A DNA stretch of 64,000 nt. Origin: Alistipes sp. (lineage in GTDB: Bacteria > Bacteroidota > Bacteroidia > Bacteroidales > Rikenellaceae). Position numbers and translations under genes: made by a program. Numbering within the stretch: the stretch's first letter is position 1; every line of letters starts with the position of its first letter. Below are positions 19,421 through 27,150 of the stretch, piece after piece. The DNA lies in NCBI GenBank assembly GCA_017437045.1, contig JAFSBY010000042.1, forward strand, positions 1,643-65,642, written 5' to 3'. A model generated the notes under the pieces. It worked only from the letters and a program-made list of their open reading frames with translations. It did not search any database and was not told the DNA's origin.

Positions 19421-20563
19421 TTAGCAATAATTCGCCACATCGGCTGCCGTGATCGTTTCTCCCGAGAGAATGATCAGTCGTTCGATCGCATTGCGCAATT
19501 CGCGGATGTTTCCGCTCCACGGACGCTCTTGGAGGGCCTCGAGAGCCCCCTGTTCGATCCGCTTGGGCGTGGTACCATACTCCGAGGCGATCGTTTGCAT
19601 GAAGTGGGCCGTGAGTTCGGGAATATCGTTGATGCGCTCGCGCAGGGCCGGCACACGGATGACGATGACTCCGATGCGGTGGTAGAGGTCCTCGCGGAAA
19701 TTGCCCCGTCGGATCTCCTCCTTCAGATTCTTGTTTGTGGCGGCAATCACGCGGACATTGACCTCGATGTCGCGGTCGCTGCCTACGCGGCTGATTTTGC
19801 GCTCTTGCAACGCCCGTAATACCTTGGCTTGGGCTGCCAGCGCCATATCGCCGATCTCGTCCATGAAGAGGGTACCGCCATCGGCCAACTCAAATTTGCC
19901 TTTGCGTTGCTTGATCGCCGAGGTGAAGGCTCCCCGCTCGTGGCCGAAGAGCTCGCTTTCGATCAGCTCCGAGGGGATGGCGGCACAGTTTACCTCGACA
20001 AAGGGTGCTCCGGCACGCGGGCTCGCGGCATGCAGGTGGCGGGCCACCAACTCCTTGCCGGTGCCGTTCTCGCCGGTGATGAGCACACGGGCATCGCATG
20101 GGGCAACCTTGTCAATCAGGTGGCGTACCTGGCAGATCTCTTGCGAGGAGCCGATGATCGCCTCGGTGGTCGAGAGGCCGCTGCGTCGCGCTTTGCGGGT
20201 CGTGGACCGGGCGGTAGGGGAGGAGGGCTCCGAACGCTCGTCGGCGAGGGTTTGGTGGATCGATTGCAGCAGCCGATTCATGTCGATGGGCTTGGTCAGG
20301 TAGTCGGCCGCACCATGTCTCAAAGCCTCGACGGCCGAGTCGATCGTCGCCTCATCGGCCAAGACAATATAGGGAGCCGTGGAGGTGCGATCGGCCGGAA
20401 GCGGGTGGTCGGTGAGGACCAGATCGACCGTGCTGCGGGAGCAGATGGTGCGGGCAGCCGGATCGTTTTCAGCCGTCTCCGTAGCAAATCCTTCGTATTC
20501 GAGCCGCTCGCGCAGGGTATTTCGCATGCTTTTTGAAGCGTCGAGAATTAAAACCTTTGTCAT
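19421..20563 (-). CDS. Sigma-54-interacting response regulator (NtrC/NtrX-like), no C-terminal HTH
   Basis: Receiver domain plus AAA+ (GENGTGKE, ESELFGHERGAFTSA, LFMDEIGD, WSGNIRELRN). Confidence 0.92.
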   Translation of the reverse strand: MTKVLILDASKSMRNTLRERLEYEGFATETAENDPAARTICSRSTVDLVLTDHPLPADRTSTAPYIVLADEATIDSAVEALRHGAADYLTKPIDMNRLLQSIHQTLADERSEPSSPTARSTTRKARRSGLSTTEAIIGSSQEICQVRHLIDKVAPCDARVLITGENGTGKELVARHLHAASPRAGAPFVEVNCAAIPSELIESELFGHERGAFTSAIKQRKGKFELADGGTLFMDEIGDMALAAQAKVLRALQERKISRVGSDRDIEVNVRVIAATNKNLKEEIRRGNFREDLYHRIGVIVIRVPALRERINDIPELTAHFMQTIASEYGTTPKRIEQGALEALQERPWSGNIRELRNAIERLIILSGETITAADVANYC

Positions 20564-20744
20564 AACCTTGTTTTTACTGAAATTTTTCCTATTTTTGTCC
20601 CAAAATTAGCAAATCCTGCCGTCGATACGCAAATGCACATCCGACGACGCGGACGCCAAATAAGGCCTCCGCAAACGTTATTCGACGGCACCTTTTGGGC
20701 GATCAACCGACCCGAAAGGGGCAACTGAAGAGCAGTTTCAACCG

Positions 20745-21419
20745 ATGAAAAAAAATTACAACTACAAGCGTCGCCGGCTCTACCTGCCCGAGTATGGACG
20801 CCACATCCACGAGATGATCGATTCGCTGATGACGATCGAGGATCGCTACGAACGTAACCGTCAGGCACGTGCCGTGATTGCCGTGATGGGTAATCTGAAT
20901 CCCCTGTTGCGCGACACGGCCGATTTTACCCATAAACTCTGGGACCATCTCTTTATCATGTCTGATTTCCAACTCGATGTGGACTCACCCTATCCGCGTC
21001 CCACGCGCGAGGAGCTGACCATCACGCCGCGCCCCTTGCAGTACAATCAAGGGCGCATCCGCTATAAACACTACGGAAAATATGTCGAGCGCATCGTCCA
21101 GAAGCTCAGCGAGGAGGGTAAGGCCGAGGCTGCCGGTCGCACGATCGACAATCTGGTGCGTTACATGCGAGCCAAGAGCTACGAATACAACCAGGAGCAT
21201 CCGAACAACGAGGTGATCGTAAAAGATCTAAAGCGGATGTCCGATGGAGCTATTGAGATAGACGAAGAGGCCTTGAATAACCTCCGAAGCGACTATAAAC
21301 AGCACTTTTCGGCACGTCCGACCAAGAACGGTGCGGGCCGAGGTCGTCAGCAACAAAAGAAGGCGCATGGCGGTGCTTTCCGAAAAAATAACGGGCAACA
21401 CCGCAATTCGCAGAAATAA
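20745..21419 (+). CDS. DUF4290 domain protein
   Basis: YNYKRRRLYLPEYGRHIHEMI, KLWDHLFIMSDFQLDVDSPYP; Bacteroidetes-typical family. Confidence 0.88.
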   Translation: MKKNYNYKRRRLYLPEYGRHIHEMIDSLMTIEDRYERNRQARAVIAVMGNLNPLLRDTADFTHKLWDHLFIMSDFQLDVDSPYPRPTREELTITPRPLQYNQGRIRYKHYGKYVERIVQKLSEEGKAEAAGRTIDNLVRYMRAKSYEYNQEHPNNEVIVKDLKRMSDGAIEIDEEALNNLRSDYKQHFSARPTKNGAGRGRQQQKKAHGGAFRKNNGQHRNSQK

Positions 21420-21444
21420 TTGTGCGTATTTCGTCAAAAAATGC

Positions 21445-21452
21445 TATCTTTG
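21445..21452 (+). promoter_or_regulatory. -7 box (TATCTTTG)
   Basis: TAnnTTTG match upstream of 21477. Confidence 0.55.
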
Positions 21453-21476
21453 TAAATTGAATCTTTAGAAAACTGT

Positions 21477-22619
21477 ATGAATAAACTACCCATTCTGCTC
21501 GTTTCGGCAGCCGCCTTTATCTTGGCGGGTTGCCAATCCACGTCGGTCAAGATCGACGGTCGTTTTGTCGGCAACGATGCCAAAACGGTCTATCTGGAGC
21601 AAACCGCCTCGCAACAACAAATCGTGATTGACTCGGCTGTGCTGGATGCGCAGGGCAACTACCATTTTGAGATCGAGAAGGCACCCGAAAGCCCCATGCT
21701 CTACAATTTGGTCTATAATGCAGAGCGCATTCCGCTCTTTTTGGCTGCTGGAGATCGTCTGACGGTCAATTCGGCCGGCAATGTGGCTGCCAACTATACG
21801 GTCGAGGGATCGGAGGAGTCGGCCCTGGTGCGCGAGTTCTACCAGTCGTTCATCGTCGGAGCCCGCAAGCTGGAGACTGTAGCAAGCCGCGTGGCGGACA
21901 ATACACTCACGGCCGAGGAGCGTCAAGCTTTGGTCGAGGAGTACACGGATGCCTACTATGCGTTGCGTCGTAGCCAAATCGCCTTCATTGCCGAGCATAA
22001 GGCTTCGCTGGCCGCTGTTTATGCCATTTACCAGCGCCTGCCCGGCGATCGTCACCTGGTGGACGGTGTGACCGATGTGATCCACTACCGCACGGTGGCC
22101 GAGGCCCTCAAGGAGCACTATCCCGGCTCGCCCTATCTGGTGATGTTGCAGGGCGATATCGACCGCATGGAGGCGGGGGCTCGTCTGGCACAGCAGATCA
22201 CCGAGGCCTCGTTCCCCGATCTGACGCTGCCCGACATGTATGGCAAGAAGATCAGCCTCTCGTCGTTGCAGGGGCAGGTGATCCTGCTCGAGTTCTGGTC
22301 GGCAGGGTTGGGTAACAGCCATACGCTCAATGCCGAGCTGAAGGAGCTTTATGCCAAGTATCACGAGGCTGCCACGCCGCTGGAGATCTATCAGGTGGGT
22401 ATCGATACCTCGAAACCGGTCTGGATCAATACAGTACAGGAGCAGGCGCTGCCCTGGATTTCGGTCAGCGATCTGAAGGGTGGCAACTCGCCCGCGCTGG
22501 GCACCTACAACGTGCAGCAGCTGCCGACCAATTTCCTGATCAACAAAAACGGTGAGATCGTAGCGCGCGATCTGCGTGGTGCGGAGTTGGAGCGTAAGAT
22601 TGCCGAATTGACCCGTTAA
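21477..22619 (+). CDS. TlpA/AhpC-TSA thioredoxin-like lipoprotein (DUF4369 N-terminus)
   Basis: Lipobox ILAGC; C-terminal VILLEFWSA..EIYQVGID..LPWISVSD..LPTNFLIN; no CxxC. Confidence 0.85.
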   Translation: MNKLPILLVSAAAFILAGCQSTSVKIDGRFVGNDAKTVYLEQTASQQQIVIDSAVLDAQGNYHFEIEKAPESPMLYNLVYNAERIPLFLAAGDRLTVNSAGNVAANYTVEGSEESALVREFYQSFIVGARKLETVASRVADNTLTAEERQALVEEYTDAYYALRRSQIAFIAEHKASLAAVYAIYQRLPGDRHLVDGVTDVIHYRTVAEALKEHYPGSPYLVMLQGDIDRMEAGARLAQQITEASFPDLTLPDMYGKKISLSSLQGQVILLEFWSAGLGNSHTLNAELKELYAKYHEAATPLEIYQVGIDTSKPVWINTVQEQALPWISVSDLKGGNSPALGTYNVQQLPTNFLINKNGEIVARDLRGAELERKIAELTR

Positions 22620-23362
22620 TGCACTATTTTGCCTCGGATATCCATCTGGGAGCCGGCACGCAGGCCGAAGCCCGAGCTACGGAGCAATGCTTTGTGGCCT
22701 GGCTCGATCGTGTGGCTGCGGATGCCGAGACAATCGTTCTGGCCGGTGATATTTTCGATTTCTGGTTTGAGTATCGTCGGGTGATTCCAAAGGGCTTTGT
22801 GCGGACATTGGGTAAGTTGGCCGCCTTGACCGATCGGGGCATTCGCATCATCTTGCTGACGGGCAACCACGATATGTGGATGCGGGACTACCTGACCCAA
22901 GAGTGTGGCGTGGAGGTCTATACCCGCCCGCAAATCTTCACCTTGGGCGATCAAAAAATCTTTGTGGCCCATGGCGACAACATGAAGATTGACGGGAAGT
23001 GGCTCTTGAAACTGATGAACAACACCTTCCGTTCACGGCCCTTGCGGTGGCTCTTTTCGTGGCTGATTCACCCCGACCATGCGGTCCGCTTTGGCCGTTG
23101 GTGGAGTGGTTCGTCGCGCAAGAAGCACCATGCCGATCAGTTTGGCGAGTCGGTGACCGAGCCCCTGATCGCCTATGCACGTGAACATCGGGCACAACAT
23201 CCCGAAGCGGCCGATCACTACCTGTTTGGCCATATGCACTACCCGCGCGACTATCGTGAGGAGGGGTTGCATGTCCTCCTGCTGGGTTGCTGGGAGGGGG
23301 CGCGAGGCTCCTATGCGCAACTCGATGCGGCGGGCAATCTGTCATTAGAAATTATAGCATAA
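22619..23362 (+). CDS. lpxH: UDP-2,3-diacylglucosamine diphosphatase
   Basis: SDIHLG, GDIFDFW, GNHD, AHGD, GHMH metallophosphoesterase motifs. Confidence 0.88.
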   Translation: MHYFASDIHLGAGTQAEARATEQCFVAWLDRVAADAETIVLAGDIFDFWFEYRRVIPKGFVRTLGKLAALTDRGIRIILLTGNHDMWMRDYLTQECGVEVYTRPQIFTLGDQKIFVAHGDNMKIDGKWLLKLMNNTFRSRPLRWLFSWLIHPDHAVRFGRWWSGSSRKKHHADQFGESVTEPLIAYAREHRAQHPEAADHYLFGHMHYPRDYREEGLHVLLLGCWEGARGSYAQLDAAGNLSLEIIA

Positions 23363-23365
23363 ACG

Positions 23366-24259
23366 ATGAAACAATACCTCGATCTGTTGCGACGCATCAA
23401 GGAGGAGGGCGTTGTGCGTGGTGACCGTACCGGTACCGGCACGCAGAGCGTCTTTGGCCACCAGATGCGTTTTGATCTGCAAAAGGGATTCCCGCTGCTC
23501 ACCACCAAGAAGGTCTTCCTGAAGGGGGTGATCCACGAATTGTTGTGGTTCCTGGCGGGTGATACCAATATCCGTTATTTGGTGGAAAATGGGGTGCATA
23601 TCTGGGATAACGATGCGTTCCGTTACTACAACGAACTGTGTGTAGCCCATGGTGTGCTGCCCGTAGATCGAGATACCTTCTTGGCCTCGGCCGGCATTGA
23701 GTCGCCTATCGAGGGGTATCGTTTTGGCGATCTGAACCATGTCTATGGCTACCAATGGCGCTCCTGGCCCGTGCAGGGTGGGGGTGTGATCGACCAGATT
23801 CAGGCGGCCGTCGATCTGATTCGCCACAATCCCGAGTCGCGCCGTATCTTGGTCTCGGCCTGGAATGTCGCCGAGGTGGAGGAGATGGCCCTGCCGCCTT
23901 GTCATGTGTTGTTTCAATTCTACGTGGCCGATGGACGCCTCTCGTGCCAGCTCTATCAGCGCAGTGCCGATACGTTTTTGGGCGTGCCGTTCAATATCGC
24001 CTCGTATGCCTTGCTGACGCTCATGATGGCGCAGGTGTGTGATCTGGAGCCGGGAGAGTTTATCCATACGCTGGGCGATACGCACCTCTACCTGAACCAC
24101 ATGGAGCAGGTCGATGAACAACTTTCGCGCACGCCGCGTGAGCTGCCTACGATGCGCCTGAATCCGGAGCGTCGTTCGATTTTCGACTTCCGCTACGAGG
24201 ATTTCGCGTTGGAGAACTACGACCCTTATCCGACCATTAAGGCCCCCATGTCGTTCTAA
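23366..24259 (+). CDS. thyA: Thymidylate synthase
   Basis: [45 protein letters not shown]. Confidence 0.98.
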   Translation: MKQYLDLLRRIKEEGVVRGDRTGTGTQSVFGHQMRFDLQKGFPLLTTKKVFLKGVIHELLWFLAGDTNIRYLVENGVHIWDNDAFRYYNELCVAHGVLPVDRDTFLASAGIESPIEGYRFGDLNHVYGYQWRSWPVQGGGVIDQIQAAVDLIRHNPESRRILVSAWNVAEVEEMALPPCHVLFQFYVADGRLSCQLYQRSADTFLGVPFNIASYALLTLMMAQVCDLEPGEFIHTLGDTHLYLNHMEQVDEQLSRTPRELPTMRLNPERRSIFDFRYEDFALENYDPYPTIKAPMSF

Positions 24260-24271
24260 TTCGCTCCGAGT

Positions 24272-24754
24272 ATGATCAGCATCATCGTAGCCGTGGCACA
24301 AAACGGCACTATTGGCGATAAAAACAGCCTGCTGTGGCATATTCGTGAGGATATGAAGTTCTTTCGGACGACGACCTCGGGCCATCCGGTCATCATGGGT
24401 CGCAAGACCTACGAATCGTTGGGTCGTCCGCTGCCGAATCGAACCAATGTCGTCATTTCGCGTCAAAGTCTCGAGATCGAGGGGTGCAAGGTTGTCCATT
24501 CGCTCGAGGAGGCCATAGCACTCTTCCCCGCAGAGGAGGAGCTCTTCGTGATTGGTGGTGCGCAGATCTACCGCGAGGCTTTGTCGCTGGCCGATCGTCT
24601 CTATTTGACCCTTATCGAGCACGACTATGAGGGCGATACCTCCTTCCCCGAATGGGATCGGGAGGATTGGAAGTTGATCCGTTCGCAACGCTTTGAGCAG
24701 GGCGAGAGCTATCCCTATCCCTTCCGTTTCGAGCAATACGAGCGTAGCCGTTAG
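24272..24754 (+). CDS. folA: Dihydrofolate reductase
   Basis: VIMGRKTYESLGRPLPNRTN, VIGGAQIY, EGDTSFP. Confidence 0.97.
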   Translation: MISIIVAVAQNGTIGDKNSLLWHIREDMKFFRTTTSGHPVIMGRKTYESLGRPLPNRTNVVISRQSLEIEGCKVVHSLEEAIALFPAEEELFVIGGAQIYREALSLADRLYLTLIEHDYEGDTSFPEWDREDWKLIRSQRFEQGESYPYPFRFEQYERSR

Positions 24755-24879
24755 TTTGCCGGAGGACGGCTGCCTCGTTTTGTAAAAAAATGTGCGAGGT
24801 ATATCGTTGAGGGTCAGCCGATAGGGACTTTTGGGACAGATTTCCTCCGTTTTTTCTTGGTTTGTAACGATTTTTGTAT

Positions 24880-24887
24880 TATCTTTG
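24880..24887 (+). promoter_or_regulatory. -7 box (TATCTTTG) for tRNA-fMet
   Basis: TAnnTTTG 18 bp upstream of the tRNA. Confidence 0.65.
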
Positions 24888-24905
24888 CACCATCAAACGA
24901 TACAT

Positions 24906-24978
24906 CGCGGGGTAGAGCAGTTGGTAGCTCGTCGGGCTCATAACCCGGAGGCCGGAGGTTCGAGTCCTCCCCCCGCTA
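24906..24978 (+). tRNA. Initiator tRNA-fMet(CAT)
   Basis: CGCGGGG acceptor with C1 mismatch; three G-C pairs in the anticodon stem (GGG-CTCATAA-CCC); CCA not encoded. Confidence 0.96.
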
Positions 24979-24981
24979 CTC

Positions 24982-25015
24982 AAAAAGGAGAAACGATTTG
25001 TTTCTCCTTTTTTTT
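24982..25015 (+). terminator. Terminator after tRNA-fMet
   Basis: aaaaaggagaaac-gattt-gtttctccttttt followed by further T. Confidence 0.85.
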
Positions 25016-25042
25016 CGTATCGGGGGTCGGCCTCGACGGCTC

Positions 25043-25096
25043 ATACCTACAATCCCTCCAAACCTCCCTTTGATAAGGGAGGCTTTTGGCGAGGGG
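25043..25096. repeat. Family C hairpin repeat
   Basis: atacctacaatccctcc-aaa-cctccctttgataagggagg; identical to 6959-7000 except for two 1-nt gaps. Confidence 0.85.
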
Positions 25097-25321
25097 CTTT
25101 CAACCCACATCACAAAAAGGATAACGACTTCAAAGTCTTTCAGGAATGGGTTAGAGATTTCGATGCAATCTCCTACTAAAGAGGACAAATCGCAAGGTTT
25201 GTTCTTTTTTTTTGTATGGATGCTTGCAAGGGTGTCAATGCTTGACATCTGTGCTGTGTGATAGATGGCATAGTGAGCAAGCTCACAGCCATCGCCACTA
25301 CACCATGCCGCTTTCAATCAA

Positions 25322-25358
25322 AAGAGCCTGTCTAACTGTTGCGGTTAGACAGGCTCTT
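25322..25358. terminator. Family F hairpin / purC terminator
   Basis: aagagcctgtctaac / gttagacaggctctt 15-bp arms. Confidence 0.75.
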
Positions 25359-25378
25359 GTTGTGGCGTCGTGGGTGGC

Positions 25379-26326
25379 TTACTGCAGGCCGGCCAGGCAC
25401 TCCTTGACGTGCTGCTCGATGCGGTTCAGGACATCCGTAGCCTCGCCCTTGACGAACGGCTCGCCCGTGATCTGCTCGTACAGCTCTACGTAGCGGTCGG
25501 TGATGCTGGCTACGATCTCGGGCGTCATCTCGGGCACCTGCTGCCCCTCCAAGCCCTGGAATCCGTTGGCCATCAGCCACTCGCGTACAAACTCCTTCGA
25601 GAGCTGCTTCTGCTTCTCGCCCTTGGCCAGACGCTCCTCGTAGCCCTCGGCATAGAAGTAACGCGACGAGTCGGGCGTGTGGATCTCGTCCATGAGGTAG
25701 ATCACGCCGTTCTTCTTACCAAATTCATATTTCGTATCGACCAGAATCAGCCCCATCTTGGCCGCGATCTCCGTGCCACGCTGGAAAATAGCGCGCGTGT
25801 AGGCCTCCAGCTGCTCGTAGTCCTCACGGCTCACGATGCCGCGGGCGATGATCTCCTCCTTTGAGATGTCCTCGTCGTGACCCTCATCGGCCTTGGTCGT
25901 GGGGGTGATGATCGGCTCGGGGAAACGTTGATTCTCGACCATACCGTCGGGCATCGCTACACCGCAGATGGTGCGCTTGCCGGCCTTGTACTCGCGCCAT
26001 GCGTGGCCCGAGAGGTAGCCGCGGATGACCATCTCGACCTTGAAGGGCTCGCATTTGTGGCCCACGGTGACCATCGGGTCGGGTACGGCGATCTTCCAGT
26101 TGGGCAGGATGTCGGTCGTCGCGTCGAGGAATTTGGCGGCAATCTGATTCAGCACCTGGCCCTTGAAGGGAATGCCCTTCGGCAGCACCACGTCGAATGC
26201 CGAAATACGGTCCGAAACGACCATCACCAGATAGTCTCCCTCGATGCTGTATACATCGCGCACCTTACCTACATAATGTCCCGTCTGGCCGGGCAACTGA
26301 AAATCGGTCTTTACAATAGCTTCCAT
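25379..26326 (-). CDS. purC: Phosphoribosylaminoimidazole-succinocarboxamide synthase
   Basis: [41 protein letters not shown]. Confidence 0.97.
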   Translation of the reverse strand: MEAIVKTDFQLPGQTGHYVGKVRDVYSIEGDYLVMVVSDRISAFDVVLPKGIPFKGQVLNQIAAKFLDATTDILPNWKIAVPDPMVTVGHKCEPFKVEMVIRGYLSGHAWREYKAGKRTICGVAMPDGMVENQRFPEPIITPTTKADEGHDEDISKEEIIARGIVSREDYEQLEAYTRAIFQRGTEIAAKMGLILVDTKYEFGKKNGVIYLMDEIHTPDSSRYFYAEGYEERLAKGEKQKQLSKEFVREWLMANGFQGLEGQQVPEMTPEIVASITDRYVELYEQITGEPFVKGEATDVLNRIEQHVKECLAGLQ

Positions 26327-26500
26327 GGTATCTTTTTTGTAGAGTTAATTCGTCAAAAAGGTTGGACAAAGATAGCGAATGGTTACCGTTCTGCCAAATT
26401 TTAGGTGCGAAATATCGGTTGGTGGGGCAAGAAATAGGAATATAGCTTTCGCTGATAGTGCTATAAAAAATATCAATTTGACAAATAGAAAAATATGTCT

Positions 26501-26508
26501 TATCTTTG
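26501..26508 (+). promoter_or_regulatory. -7 box (TATCTTTG) for the superoxide reductase gene
   Basis: TAnnTTTG match in an AT-rich divergent region. Confidence 0.6.
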
Positions 26509-26552
26509 CAATAAGAAAATAACACACAAACCAATAAAAGAGTTTTACAATT

Positions 26553-26927
26553 ATGGCAACGAAATTTTATAAATGCGCCCATTGTGGCAATGTAATTGAG
26601 AAGATAGTTGATTCGGGTGTTCCCGTGATTTGCTGCGGCGAGCAGATGGAGGAGTTGATCCCTAATACGGTCGATGCGAGCGGCGAGAAGCATGTACCCG
26701 TAGTGAAGCGGCTGGATGATCAGACCATTCAGGTTGAGGTGGGCAGCGTCCACCATCCGATGCTCCCCGAGCACCACATCGCCTTTGTTTACGTGGAGAC
26801 CGAGCGCGGAGGCATTCGTGTTAATCTGACCGACGAGCCCGTCGCCATCATCCACCACGGCGCCGATCGCCCGATTGCAGTCTATGAGTATTGCAATCTG
26901 CACGGGCTGTGGAAAACCACCTTGTAA
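26553..26927 (+). CDS. dfx: Desulfoferrodoxin (2Fe superoxide reductase)
   Basis: CAHCGN..CCGEQM (center I); EKHVP, HPM..EHHI, CNLHGLW (center II). Confidence 0.95.
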   Translation: MATKFYKCAHCGNVIEKIVDSGVPVICCGEQMEELIPNTVDASGEKHVPVVKRLDDQTIQVEVGSVHHPMLPEHHIAFVYVETERGGIRVNLTDEPVAIIHHGADRPIAVYEYCNLHGLWKTTL

Positions 26928-26971
26928 GCCCGTCTGAAGGCTCTTTGCCGGAGGCTTTATTCTTTCGTTTG

Positions 26972-27005
26972 CAGCGCGACCTATTCGGGTCGCGCTGATT
27001 TTTTT
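26972..27005 (+). terminator. Terminator after dfx
   Basis: cagcgcgacc / ggtcgcgctg 10-bp arms followed by a T-run. Confidence 0.85.
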
Positions 27006-27098
27006 AGTGGGCGAGGGGTGTGATGCTTTCGGAAACGCTTTTTATCCCTATTTTTTGTTCATTTCGTGGAAATAGTTAATTTTGTAAAGATTTTTTCG

Positions 27099-27106
27099 TA
27101 CATTTG
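27099..27106 (+). promoter_or_regulatory. -7 box (TACATTTG) for the PUL operon
   Basis: TAnnTTTG match upstream of ATG 27151. Confidence 0.55.
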
Positions 27107-27150
27107 TATAATGGGATGTTATGTGCAGCATTCCGACCAACCAACCAACT

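Noticed and set aside
20608-20625. Possible sigma-54 promoter (GGCAGGATTTGC) on the minus strand before the NtrC-like gene
   Set aside because: GG and GC are 8 nt apart, not the required 10; an ordinary TAATTTTG box is adjacent.
24976-25317. 113-aa minus-strand ORF and overlapping short + ORFs after tRNA-fMet as intact genes
   Set aside because: They cross terminators and repeats with atypical composition; only a short internal segment is noted as a possible remnant.
26430-26490. Possible OxyR site upstream of dfx (several ATAG, TATAGC-N13-GCTATA)
   Set aside because: Spacing does not fit ATAG-N7-CTAT-N7-ATAG-N7-CTAT; too weak to call.
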